Of a stretch of 64,000 bases of DNA, positions 42,551-52,210 are shown piece by piece (the first letter of the stretch is position 1; the number at the start of each line of letters is the position of its first letter). This DNA is from Gloeobacterales cyanobacterium (lineage in GTDB: Bacteria > Cyanobacteriota > Cyanobacteriia > Gloeobacterales > PMM-0068). Location of the stretch: assembly GCA_038245785.1 (NCBI GenBank), contig JBBRSB010000002.1:32001-96000 (forward strand), in the 5' to 3' direction. Under the pieces are notes generated by a model that saw only the letters and a program-made list of their open reading frames with translations, did not search any database and was not told the DNA's origin. The translations under genes were made by a program, and so were the position numbers.

Positions 42551-43198
42551 ATGGCAGTCCTAGACTATAAAAAAGTTATTGCTACTGCAACAGCTCAAGA
42601 GCGTTGGCTCAATACTGATGAACTTGAGAAAGCAACAGCTTCTTTGAATGCAGCAACAAGTTTAACTATAAATAGAGAAAGTTTGGCTAGAGGTGCAGCT
42701 CAAGCAGTCATTCATCAACACCCTTGGCATTTATCAACGAAAGAAAGTTTGGCTAAGTTCGTCCAAGATATAGACTACTCCCTACGGTACATTTCCTATT
42801 GCCTGGTAGTCGGTGGAACTGGTCCCATTGATGATATGTTCGCGGATTGTCATACCTATGACCTATCGACAGAATGTTCCTTAGATGCCCTGAAATATGT
42901 AAAAGCCAATCATGGTCTGACTGGCCAAGAAGCCGTTGAAACTGATGCTTACATTGATTATCTTATGAATGCACTTAATCTCCATCTTTTCGAGGCCATC
43001 GATAAGAGAGAGAAATCAGAAAATATTGAGATTCTCGGTTCTTTGGAAGAGAATGAAATGGATTTGGGGGTTGAGCAAGATATCGTAGTAACCATGCCTC
43101 CTATTTCTCGCAGAAAAGTGATACTACATGTCAAGCAAATAAGCATGGCAAAGCCAAAAGTTGTTTTTGATGAAGTTGCTGATAGTTATTCGCGTTGA
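42551..43198 (+). CDS. Divergent phycocyanin alpha-like protein lacking the chromophore Cys, fused to a ~70-aa C-terminal tail
   Basis: GAAQAV, DIDY.LR.ISYCLVVGGTGP.D, ALKYVKANHGL.G..A.E...YIDY..NAL match CpcA; AKFVQD stands in place of AKCARD. Confidence 0.85.
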   Translation: MAVLDYKKVIATATAQERWLNTDELEKATASLNAATSLTINRESLARGAAQAVIHQHPWHLSTKESLAKFVQDIDYSLRYISYCLVVGGTGPIDDMFADCHTYDLSTECSLDALKYVKANHGLTGQEAVETDAYIDYLMNALNLHLFEAIDKREKSENIEILGSLEENEMDLGVEQDIVVTMPPISRRKVILHVKQISMAKPKVVFDEVADSYSR

Positions 43199-43261
43199 TA
43201 TTATATTGCTTTTATTTTCGTGAAACCTAAGACCTATTAGATTAGAAAGGTGAGGAGCTGA

Positions 43262-43785
43262 GTGGGATATCCTTGGTATGAGGTAGTGGAAAATGATGGG
43301 AGTTTACAGCAAGGAGATTTTCTGGAAAGCTGTCCAGTAGTTGTTCCCTTGTTCATCCCTGATTCCTCTACTAAAGAGCTTGAAGCAGAGATACTGGAAT
43401 ACAACGTAGTAGTGATGAGTCAATCTTGTGATTTGGAACAGGAGAAGCTTGATCTAGTTCTTGTTTGTCCCCATTGGTCTTTAGACGCAATAGGCGAGCA
43501 GAACCAATACTTCAAGTCCTCTAAAGGGAAAGAAGAACTCAGGCGTGGGAACCTGCCTGGCTACCACATGCTGGCCTCTTGTGAGCTATCGGGATTGAAT
43601 CGTGATATTCAGGTCGTTGACTTTCGAAATATTTACAGCCTTCCTTGTTCATTTTTGAAACTATTTTATCTAGGAATGGAAAACGGCTACGGCTTTTGCC
43701 TCCCTACAGAGAGCACCTCTCCCAATCTTTCGCTCGTTTCTTTATGCGCGTTGGCCTTCCTGGAAACATTCCACCCTTTAGGTAA
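43262..43785 (+). pseudogene. PemK/MazF-like fold protein split by a -1 frameshift near 43650-43670
   Basis: LQQGD, VVVMSQSCDL, VLVCP, VVDFR; the -1 frame continues GKRLRLLPPYREHLSQSFARFFMRVGLP...* to 43785, avoiding overlap with ggt. Confidence 0.7.
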
Positions 43786-43796
43786 CAAACGGACTC

Positions 43797-45482
43797 TTAG
43801 TAACCGCCTACCTGACCATCTTTGCGCATTTCAGAAGCCCCATGATAAACCCGATTCACTCGGTCCCAGAGAATCGCCTGATAGCCGCCAAAATTACCCG
43901 GTGAAGCCTGCAAACGATGTCCCCGAAGCTCTAGTTCTGCCCGGACTTCTGCTGGAATTCCACTTTCCAGGGCAAGCGCTCCACCATCAATCATCAAGCG
44001 TCCGTCTGGGTCATGATCCTCAAAATGATAGTACCTGGCGGCATCTCCGGCTTCCTGAACATCCATACCGAAGTCGATGATATTGCAGAGAATCTGTACA
44101 TGTCCCTGCGGTTGCATATCGGCTCCCATGACGCCCATGCTCAGGAAGGGTTCTCCATCTTTTAGGACGAAGGCTGGAATGATCGTGTGAAAAGGTCGCT
44201 TTGCCGGAGCGTAAACGTTGGCATGTCCTGCTTGCAGCGTAAACTGGGCTCCTCGATTTTGAAACATGAAGCCTAATCCGTCTGGGACCAAACCACTGCC
44301 CATTCCCGCATAGTTACTCTGTATCAGCGAAACGATCATGCCCTGAGCGTCCGCCACGCTTAGATAAATTGTGTCACTTCCCTTTGGACTGCCTGCACTT
44401 AACTGGGTTTGTGCCTTTTGTTGGTCTATCTGCTGTCTGCGTACCGCTGCATATTCTTTGGATAAAAGCTCTGCCATAGGAATCTGGCTGAATTCAGGGT
44501 CTGCATAGAAACGGGCTCGGTCCGCAAAGGCTAATTTCTTCGCTTCTATCTGGAGATGTAGATAATCTGCGCAGTTGTGCCCTAATCGCCCAAGGTCAAA
44601 GCCTTCTAAGATATTCAGCATTTGGAGGGCCGCTATACCCTGGCCATTGGGTGGTAATTCATATACGTCATAGCCTCGGTAGTTCACAGAGACAGGAGAG
44701 ACCCAACTAGTGGTGTGTTGTTCAAAATCTTCTTTAATCAAGTAGCTTCCCACTCGACTCAGATAGGCTGCCATTTTGTCTGCCAGTTCACCCCGATAAA
44801 AAACCTCCCTTCCTCCGCGACCAATCCTGTCTAAAGTCTTTGCCAAATCTGGATTTTGGAAGACTTCCCCTTCGACTGGAGCACGCCCTTTGGGAGCAAA
44901 TGTTCGTCGGCAGTTATCCAGGGGAATGTGTGCACTTTCCTGTTCAAAACGTTGGATATTACTGGCCCAGGCAGCAGCAATCACTTTAGGGATAGGCACG
45001 CCTTCTTGGGCATAGCAAATGGTCGGGGCCAGGAGGGCTTGCATCGGCAGCTTGCCAAATCGCCCATGCAGTTCAAACCATCCATCTACCGCTCCAGGAA
45101 CAGTAAGCGGCAGAGGACCCAATAAAGGAATCTGTTCACAGCTTCCCACCAAGGTTTTCAGCATCGCATAGGACATTCCTTGCGGGGAACGCCCACTGCC
45201 ATTGAGTCCATAAAGATTACGGGTATTCGGGTCCCAAACGATGGCAAAAAGATCTCCACCCAACCCACATCCTGTAGGTTCCATAAGACCTAAGGCGGCA
45301 TTAGCAGCAATGGCTGCATCTACGGCTGTTCCACCCTGCTTGAGAATATCTAGAGCTACTTGGGTTGCTAAGGGATGACTCGTAGCCGCCATTCCATGCC
45401 GGGCAAGGACAGGACTGCGACTGGAAAAAAAACTGCCTGCGACGCGGTCACCACCGGGAGGAGAAAAGGGATTCATAGGCAT
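43797..45482 (-). CDS. ggt: Gamma-glutamyltransferase
   Basis: GG.AVDAAIA, G.GGD.F, PPNGQG, catalytic Thr in DTIYLSV, KRPFHTIIP, MQPQGH. Confidence 0.92.
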   Translation of the reverse strand: MPMNPFSPPGGDRVAGSFFSSRSPVLARHGMAATSHPLATQVALDILKQGGTAVDAAIAANAALGLMEPTGCGLGGDLFAIVWDPNTRNLYGLNGSGRSPQGMSYAMLKTLVGSCEQIPLLGPLPLTVPGAVDGWFELHGRFGKLPMQALLAPTICYAQEGVPIPKVIAAAWASNIQRFEQESAHIPLDNCRRTFAPKGRAPVEGEVFQNPDLAKTLDRIGRGGREVFYRGELADKMAAYLSRVGSYLIKEDFEQHTTSWVSPVSVNYRGYDVYELPPNGQGIAALQMLNILEGFDLGRLGHNCADYLHLQIEAKKLAFADRARFYADPEFSQIPMAELLSKEYAAVRRQQIDQQKAQTQLSAGSPKGSDTIYLSVADAQGMIVSLIQSNYAGMGSGLVPDGLGFMFQNRGAQFTLQAGHANVYAPAKRPFHTIIPAFVLKDGEPFLSMGVMGADMQPQGHVQILCNIIDFGMDVQEAGDAARYYHFEDHDPDGRLMIDGGALALESGIPAEVRAELELRGHRLQASPGNFGGYQAILWDRVNRVYHGASEMRKDGQVGGY

Positions 45483-45545
45483 TCAAGATACAAGACAACC
45501 CCGAATAAGTCCTTCCAATCTATATGTAGAAGAAATTGCTTTTAC

Positions 45546-46457
45546 TTATTTAGCAAGAAAATCAAATCTAAAAAAATCTCGACTGCCCAATCTTTCCTTA
45601 AATATCTTGGCTCTTTCGCGAGCAGTAAACTTAAATTGCCCATCATTTTTATAGTGATGCAACCATTCGCTCGGAACAACTGATTTTGTCCAATCTATAT
45701 CCTCATCCAAAAACTTGTAATGTAAAAAATTATTCTGATTGTCAGCTCTAGCAGCTCGACGAGTCTCTAGTCGTAGCTGAATCTGCTCTGGGTCCCTATA
45801 TTGATAGTGACAATTCGGGATTCTATAACTACTTTTTCTGATTTTCTTGGAGCGCACGGGCATCATATAGCCTCTAGGGTGCTCAGTATCTATATGCTCA
45901 GGCCATACTAGGTCTTCACTAATGCGAAATAAACGTTGCTCAATATTAACAAAACGATAATAGCGCCGCCGTTGTGTAATGGGCTTATTGCGAGAATCAC
46001 TTCCTGAATGATACTCTTTCCAGTCTTTATCGGTGAAATAGAAGTTGTACTGTAATGTGTTGATTTGTTCGGCTCCTTCTCGCTCAGCAATCTTGATAGC
46101 TATGCGAGGATCTTCTACTAATAATTCATCCGCATCAAGAATATAAATCCAGTCTCCCGCAGAACAATTTGGCCGTATAGCATTGAAGACTTGAGCACGT
46201 AGACCTCCATAGAAAGAAACCTGTTCGCACCTAAAAGGAACTACAACTGAGTTATTAATTCGTCGAACTTTTTGCCAACTATCATCTATACTCCCCGTGT
46301 CGAAGATATAAATCTTATAACAGAATTGACTAGCATGGTATAGGGTCTGTGCAATAATGTCTCCCTCGTTTTTGACGAGACAAATTGCATGAATTTTCGC
46401 CACAACTGGACTCCAAACTGTGGAAGTTAAGACTATAAAACTAAATTTTCTTTGCAA
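45546..46457 (-). CDS. Glycosyltransferase family 2 protein (AT-rich)
   Basis: CLVKNEGDII, FDTGS.D.S, W...LDADE, HYQYR...QI; start uncertain. Confidence 0.8.
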   Translation of the reverse strand: MQRKFSFIVLTSTVWSPVVAKIHAICLVKNEGDIIAQTLYHASQFCYKIYIFDTGSIDDSWQKVRRINNSVVVPFRCEQVSFYGGLRAQVFNAIRPNCSAGDWIYILDADELLVEDPRIAIKIAEREGAEQINTLQYNFYFTDKDWKEYHSGSDSRNKPITQRRRYYRFVNIEQRLFRISEDLVWPEHIDTEHPRGYMMPVRSKKIRKSSYRIPNCHYQYRDPEQIQLRLETRRAARADNQNNFLHYKFLDEDIDWTKSVVPSEWLHHYKNDGQFKFTARERAKIFKERLGSRDFFRFDFLAK

Positions 46458-46505
46458 CTCAGTTCATATTCGTTAGTAGTAAATAATTTCCATAGGGAAA
46501 TTAAT

Positions 46506-46549
46506 GTATCAAAAGATACTAGCAGAGACATTTCTGTATAAACACTTAC
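46506..46549. promoter_or_regulatory. Two tandem GTA-N8-TAC (NtcA/CRP-family-like) sites
   Basis: GTATCAAAAGATAC (46506-19) and GTATAAACACTTAC (46536-49). Confidence 0.45.
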
Positions 46550-46688
46550 GTAATATTACTTTCTTAGTTCTTTTAATATTGAAACTTGTTTGATGTTCAA
46601 GAGAAGTAGTTGTTTTCAAAACGAAGACAGGACCTCTTTAGCAACCGTAAAGTTCTTAAATTTTCGCTTTGGAATAGCTAAGCACGTC

Positions 46689-47903
46689 TCATTGTGCGCG
46701 CAAAGCTACAATCGGGTCTAAACGCGCTGCTTGACGGGCGGGGAAAATGCCAAAGAATAAACCAATACCTACCGAAACAGCGACGGCAAGAGCAACGGCA
46801 GGCCATCCCGCCCAAACCGTTAGGGGTGTGAACTGAGAGAGTAAGGCGCAGGCTCCGAGACCAATTACCGTGCCCATGATGCCTCCTGTGCCAGAAAGAG
46901 CGGCGGCTTCAATCACGAACTGGAGCAGAATATCTCGCTGCGTAGCACCAACCGCTTTACGAATGCCAATTTCACGAGTCCGTTCCCGCACCGATACGAG
47001 CATGATATTCATGATGCCGATGCCTCCTACCATCAGAGAAATACCTGCTGTCCCCGCGAGGAGAATCGTCAAGGCTCCAGTGATGTTACTAGCGGTTGAG
47101 ACTAAATCATTCTGAGAAGCAATCGTAAAATCATCTCCGCCTGAAGTAATGCGGTGACGTAAACGGAGGAGGTTAGTGATTTGAAAACGGGCTGCATCAC
47201 TTTTACCTTCAGCCGCTTCAACGCTGATGGATTGTACCGGAATCCCTTGCGGAGAAGTTTTTCCCACCAAGCGATTAGCTACTGTTGTCAAAGGGATAAA
47301 GACAAGGTCATCGAGATTCTGAAATAACGTGGTTCCTTTCTCAGCCATCACGCCAATAACGACAAAGTTCTCGTTGCCAACGCGGATGGTTTCGCCAACG
47401 GCAGAGCGCGTACCGAAGAGTTTGGTTTTGACCTCACTGCCGAGGAGCACTACACGACTATTGCGCCGGAGGTCTACCCAGGTAAAAAATTGACCTTGGG
47501 CTACCGAAAAATCTCGGACTGTTGGAAAAGAGGGCGTAGTTCCAATAACAGTGGTGGCTGTATTTTGTCCACGCCAAACTACAGGAGAACGGGTACTGAC
47601 GGCTGGTGCTAAATCCGCTACGGTCGGGACCTGTAACGCTACTGCTTCTGCATCGGCTACGGTCAAGGCAGTATTTTCCCGGCCCAGCCGTCGTTCTTCA
47701 ATAGCTCCCGGAAGAACGAATAGGAGATTGGCTCCTAAAGATTGAAACTGCTGGTCCGCATAGCTTTGAGCACCTCTTCCTAGACCAACCATCATGATTA
47801 CGGCGGCAATACCAATCGTAATACCCAGCGTTGTAAGCAGTGTGCGCAGGACATTACTCCTGAGCGTAAACCACGCCATGCGGGCGCTTTCAACAAAATC
47901 CAT
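46689..47903 (-). CDS. ABC transporter permease (MacB/FtsX family)
   Basis: RT.LT.LGI.IG, VGGIGIMNIMLVSV.ERTREIGIRKA.GA, PA..AA.LDPI.ALR. Confidence 0.92.
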   Translation of the reverse strand: MDFVESARMAWFTLRSNVLRTLLTTLGITIGIAAVIMMVGLGRGAQSYADQQFQSLGANLLFVLPGAIEERRLGRENTALTVADAEAVALQVPTVADLAPAVSTRSPVVWRGQNTATTVIGTTPSFPTVRDFSVAQGQFFTWVDLRRNSRVVLLGSEVKTKLFGTRSAVGETIRVGNENFVVIGVMAEKGTTLFQNLDDLVFIPLTTVANRLVGKTSPQGIPVQSISVEAAEGKSDAARFQITNLLRLRHRITSGGDDFTIASQNDLVSTASNITGALTILLAGTAGISLMVGGIGIMNIMLVSVRERTREIGIRKAVGATQRDILLQFVIEAAALSGTGGIMGTVIGLGACALLSQFTPLTVWAGWPAVALAVAVSVGIGLFFGIFPARQAARLDPIVALRAQ

Positions 47904-47995
47904 AGGTTGGCTGGGGGTAAGAAAGGCTTTGTCTTCAACGCTAACATGCTCCTATAAGGGCTTCTCTAAACACCACTCGATTAAAAGGAGTTGCT

Positions 47996-48892
47996 GTGAC
48001 CCTAAAGACGACGACTGAACAAACGAAGATTGGTTTGATGGGGACAGGACTGATGGGCTTGCCGATGGCGCAGCGACTTCATGGACTGCAGCAACCTCTC
48101 ATGGTTTTTAATCGCACTCCAGAGAAACTGGAGTCCCTAAGGCAGACAGAGATTGAGATTGCGCCCTCCGTGTCAGAGTTGCTGCAAGAATGCGGAGTCG
48201 TACTGCTGATGCTCAGTAATGCACAGGCCATTCGTGAAGTATTGCTTTCTGAGACGGCTCGTCCCCATCTCGCAAACCGGGCGGTGATCCAGATGGGAAC
48301 TATCTCCCCCAGCGAAAGTAGAGATATTCAAGCTGAAATCACGGCGGAGGGAGGAGATTATCTAGAAGCTCCTGTTTTAGGCAGTATTTCAGAGGTTGAG
48401 GCGGGTAAGTTGATGGTAATGGTAGGAAGTTCCCCTGCACAGTTTCAGGAATGGTCTGCGCTCCTGAAAAATTTTGGTCCAGAACCGATTTTGGTGGGGC
48501 CTGTTGGTACCGCTGCCGCTCTGAAATTATCGCTCAATCAACTGATTAGCTCGCTTACAACTGCTTTTGCCACCAGTTTAGGGTTTGTCCAACGCCAGGG
48601 TGTTGACGTGGAGGTCTTTATGAACATCCTTCGCCAGAGTGCACTCTATGCCCCAACCTTTGATAAGAAGTTACAGCGGATGTTGGACCATGACTATGCA
48701 AATCCTAACTTTTCAACCAAGCACCTACTTAAAGATACGAACCTGTTTCTAAAGGAGGCACAGGATTGCGGGCTACAGGTTGACAGCCTGATCGGGGTTC
48801 GTAAAATCTTGGAAACAGCCTGTGATCTCGGCTTGGCAGAGGAAGATTATGCAGCTCTATTTGCTGTGGTTAGTCCCGAGGAATCTAGCTAG
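47996..48892 (+). CDS. NAD(P)-dependent beta-hydroxyacid dehydrogenase family protein
   Basis: G.GLMG.PMA, NRT..K, EAPVLGS, KL..N, HLLKD. Confidence 0.88.
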   Translation: MTLKTTTEQTKIGLMGTGLMGLPMAQRLHGLQQPLMVFNRTPEKLESLRQTEIEIAPSVSELLQECGVVLLMLSNAQAIREVLLSETARPHLANRAVIQMGTISPSESRDIQAEITAEGGDYLEAPVLGSISEVEAGKLMVMVGSSPAQFQEWSALLKNFGPEPILVGPVGTAAALKLSLNQLISSLTTAFATSLGFVQRQGVDVEVFMNILRQSALYAPTFDKKLQRMLDHDYANPNFSTKHLLKDTNLFLKEAQDCGLQVDSLIGVRKILETACDLGLAEEDYAALFAVVSPEESS

Positions 48893-48913
48893 AACGTTTA
48901 ACAGCACTTCTAC

Positions 48914-49342
48914 TTAGTATGGCAACAAAAGATTATCTGATTCATCAAACTCAAAGAATGGATTCCAGGCTACTTCCCATAGATGACCATCCAAGTCAGT
49001 GAAGTATCCGCTATAGCCGCCCCAAAATACCTTTTCTGCCTTTCTGACAATCTTGGCGCCTAACTGTTCAACAGTGTTTAGGACTTCATCCACTTCTTCT
49101 TGCGTTTTTGCATTGTGGGCAAGCGTTATTCCTGAAAATCCGCTGCCCTCTGCACTAACCGTTATGTCTTCAGCCAGTTTTTCCCATGGATATAGAGCAA
49201 GAATGATTCCACCTAGGGGGAAAAATGCAATATCTTCTTGACTTTCGCTAGAGGGCTTCCAGCCCAAACCATTCTTGTAGAAACTCAGCGCTCGCTCAAA
49301 ATCTTTGACCCCTAGGGTGATAATGTTTAGCTTTTGTCTCAT
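48914..49342 (-). CDS. VOC/glyoxalase family protein
   Basis: ITLGV.D..RA..FY..GLGW, FWGGYSGYF.D.DGH.WEVAWNP. Confidence 0.9.
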   Translation of the reverse strand: MRQKLNIITLGVKDFERALSFYKNGLGWKPSSESQEDIAFFPLGGIILALYPWEKLAEDITVSAEGSGFSGITLAHNAKTQEEVDEVLNTVEQLGAKIVRKAEKVFWGGYSGYFTDLDGHLWEVAWNPFFEFDESDNLLLPY

Positions 49343-49498
49343 ACCGCTGACCTATTTGTACAAAATCTGTTATTCGCAAAATAGAGCCTATTCCACGGGT
49401 TGGACCCTAGGAGAAATGAGTTTTAACACTTTTCGCGCACCATGGGACGGCATAGGGGCGCTACTATAGCTGGATTGAGTCTGAAGGAGCTTATCAAG

Positions 49499-50251
49499 AT
49501 GACCCACGCTCTGCGTACCGCCCTCAGCCAAGGTCGGGCTGTAAAGATTATTTCGGGTTTGCACAACTTTGATCCCGCTCAGGTATCCCGTGTAGTTCGG
49601 GCTGCCGACCAAGGAAGAGCTACCTTTGTCGATATTGCCTGCTCCCCTGAGTTGGTGAAATTGGCTAAGAGCTTGACCGAATTACCTGTTTGCGTCTCTG
49701 CCGTAGACCCGGATGCGCTGGGGGAAGCCGTCCAGCAGGGAGCAGACCTTGTAGAGATTGGCAACTTCGACAGCTTCTATCCCAAAGGCCGTATCTTCGG
49801 TGCGGAAGAAGTCTTAGCGCTCACGGTTGCCACCCGTAAACTTATCCCAGTTCGGACCCTCCTTTCTGTAACTGTGCCCCATATCTTGGCTCTGGATGAG
49901 CAAGCTGCTTTAGCCATGAAATTAGTGGCTGCTGGAGCAGATATTATCCAAACCGAAGGGGGAACCAGCAGTCGTCCCGTAAGCCCTGGAACCTTGGGCT
50001 TGATTGAAAAAGCGGCTCCTACCTTGGCAGCTGTTTATGAAATCAGTCAGGCGGTTTCTGTGCCTGTACTCTGCGCCTCTGGTCTTTCCACGGCCACGAT
50101 TCCTATGGCCTTGGCTTCAGGAGCTTCTGGCGTAGGTATCGGTTCTGCTGTGAATAAGCTTACCGATGAATTGGCGATGACGGTCACGGTCCGCGCTTTG
50201 GTGGAAGCAGTGGAAATGTTCTACTGTCCTATGGCCCAGCCGATCTTGTAA
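49499..50251 (+). CDS. ycf23: DUF561 (Ycf23) protein
   Basis: KIISGL.NFD, EIGNFDSFY, IQTEGGTSS, LIEKAAPTLA. Confidence 0.88.
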   Translation: MTHALRTALSQGRAVKIISGLHNFDPAQVSRVVRAADQGRATFVDIACSPELVKLAKSLTELPVCVSAVDPDALGEAVQQGADLVEIGNFDSFYPKGRIFGAEEVLALTVATRKLIPVRTLLSVTVPHILALDEQAALAMKLVAAGADIIQTEGGTSSRPVSPGTLGLIEKAAPTLAAVYEISQAVSVPVLCASGLSTATIPMALASGASGVGIGSAVNKLTDELAMTVTVRALVEAVEMFYCPMAQPIL

Positions 50252-50296
50252 ATGCTGTTGCGGGCATGCACCTACAGTGTACACAGATCTCGGAAA

Positions 50297-50410
50297 CGCC
50301 CCCCTGCCCCCAACTTTGGGGGGTTCTATGTGCAAAGTCCCCAGAATACTCTGCGAGAGCTTTGCTATGGGGGATTTAGGCTTCCCTGAGCGTCAGCCGA
50401 ACGGGGGCGG
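50297..50410. repeat. Composite cyanobacterial short dispersed palindromic repeat
   Basis: cccccc.gcccccaactttgggggg...aaagtcccccagaat...gggggatttagg...gggggcgg with apparent nested inserts. Confidence 0.6.
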
Positions 50411-50463
50411 TTTAGATGAAGAGATAAACTGGTCTGGACTTATGTACACTCTATATTTTTGAT

Positions 50464-50796
50464 ATGAAACAACTTTCTGTCTTAGAACTGAAGCGCATTC
50501 TGGATGAAAAACCAGAAGGAGTGCAGCTTGTAGATGTGCGAGAGCCTGATGAAGTGGCTTTTGCTTCCCTGCCTGGTTTTCAAAATTTCCCCATGAGTAT
50601 GTATTACGGCAACGAAGAAGCCCTTATAGAGGCTCTAGATCCCCATCAACCTACGGTAGTCCTCTGTCACCACGGGGTACGCTCATTGCATATGGGGAGT
50701 TTCTTGAATCAGCACGGATTCACAGACCTCTACAATGTAGAGGGGGGCATAGATGCGTATACCTTGGAAGCCGATTCTTCAATTCCTCGCTACTGA
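50464..50796 (+). CDS. Rhodanese/sulfurtransferase
   Basis: LVDVREP.E, active-site LCHHGVRS, N..GGIDAY. Confidence 0.9.
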   Translation: MKQLSVLELKRILDEKPEGVQLVDVREPDEVAFASLPGFQNFPMSMYYGNEEALIEALDPHQPTVVLCHHGVRSLHMGSFLNQHGFTDLYNVEGGIDAYTLEADSSIPRY

Positions 50797-51343
50797 AGCC
50801 TGCCTGCTCCTCGGGCTTTTGACGGTTACGCTCAATCCTGGAAACACTTTTCCGCTTGAGGGGCAGGTGTCTCTCCAAGGACCCGAAGGTCCTGTCCCTG
50901 CTGAAAGTGGTGCTGTTTTTGTAGTAGAAGGAACCCCTGAAAATCGAGCCTTGTTCAAGGGCCTTGCCGATGGAGCCAAACGTTCACGGGTTAATCGTTC
51001 ACAATCAGTTGTTGGCCTACATCCCAACGATCCAAAAGCTCTCCATAAGTTCAATAGCAACAGTGGACGGCTCACGGGACTTTTGACCAGGATCGTATCG
51101 CTGGCCCGTGAACGGGCAGTACTGAATATAGCCGTTGCGCAGGGTGCATTCTCTGCAACGAAGGAAGTCCATGAACCGATTGTGGTAGTGGTTGCTCAGG
51201 TGGGAGCAGCTCTTGGCTGGTGGATGAGCGATACCCCAGAAGTTCCTTATACCTTTGATGAAGAACGCGCACTCTATCGTCAAGGAACTGTTATGTCCCA
51301 AGAACAGTCAGATCTTGCAAAAGCGCAAGGGATTGAGCCTTAA
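50753..51343 (+). CDS. Hypothetical protein (possible N-terminal signal/anchor)
   Basis: 196-aa ORF with hydrophobic N-terminus; no recognisable motif. Confidence 0.5.
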   Translation: MRIPWKPILQFLATEACLLLGLLTVTLNPGNTFPLEGQVSLQGPEGPVPAESGAVFVVEGTPENRALFKGLADGAKRSRVNRSQSVVGLHPNDPKALHKFNSNSGRLTGLLTRIVSLARERAVLNIAVAQGAFSATKEVHEPIVVVVAQVGAALGWWMSDTPEVPYTFDEERALYRQGTVMSQEQSDLAKAQGIEP

Positions 51344-51475
51344 AGCCTTAAAACTGGATTCATAGGTTTTCTGCGCAATCTTTTGTAATATAAGTAATCG
51401 GCTGTTTACACCCGTAGCTCCAGAGCAATGGAACGACAGGTGGACTAAAGCCAGGGTATCCTGAATATATACGCA

Positions 51476-52177
51476 ATGAATACCATGACCCAAGCTACCG
51501 TAAATGTAAGCGCGCTCAATTACCAAGACCCGGCGTACCTTGATGCCTATAGCCGTATCAATGCCTTAGTGGTTGAAGGGGAGTGGGAAGCGGAAAGTAA
51601 CTACCTGAGCATGGGTGAGCTACTGCCAGAGCATAAAGAAGATTTTGTGCGCCTGGCTGCGATGGAGCGTAAGCATGCAAAGGGGTTTCAAGCCTGTGGC
51701 AAGAACCTAGGCGTGACTGCTGACATGGAATATGGAAAGCAGTTTTTTGATACCTTGCATCAGAATTTCCAGAAGGCGAAGGCCCGCAAAGATATTGTGA
51801 CCTGCCTGATCATTCAATCTTTGCTCATTGAATGCTTTGCTATCTCTGCCTACAATGTCTATATCCCTGTAGCAGATGATTTTGCACGCAAGATCACGGA
51901 GAACGTAGTGAAAGATGAGTATATTCATCTGAACTACGGTGAAGAGTGGTTAAAAAATAATTTTGAGAGCAGTAGAGAAGCAATCGAGCAGGCAAACGCA
52001 GAAAATCTGCCTGTGGCTTGGCGAATGCTAAATGAAGTCGAGAAAGATGCCAGTGCGCTTTCTATGGATCGCGAAGCCATCTTAGAAGACTTCCTGATTT
52101 CCTACGGTGAGACGTTAGCCAATATTGGCTTCACCACGCGTGAAGTGATGAAGATGTCTGCTAAGGGAATTGCCTAG
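51476..52177 (+). CDS. ado: Aldehyde-deformylating oxygenase
   Basis: Y.DAYSRINA.V.EGE.EA, ME.KH..GF.ACG.NL, Q.L.IECFAI.AY, DEY.HLN. Confidence 0.96.
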   Translation: MNTMTQATVNVSALNYQDPAYLDAYSRINALVVEGEWEAESNYLSMGELLPEHKEDFVRLAAMERKHAKGFQACGKNLGVTADMEYGKQFFDTLHQNFQKAKARKDIVTCLIIQSLLIECFAISAYNVYIPVADDFARKITENVVKDEYIHLNYGEEWLKNNFESSREAIEQANAENLPVAWRMLNEVEKDASALSMDREAILEDFLISYGETLANIGFTTREVMKMSAKGIA

Positions 52178-52210
52178 ATTGCTTAAGTCCTCTGCTACCC
52201 CGGAATCCCC

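Noticed and set aside
43786..44080. C-terminal part of the 272-aa ORF 43262-44080
   Set aside because: It is frameshift read-through antisense to ggt; the family-like C-terminus ends at 43785.
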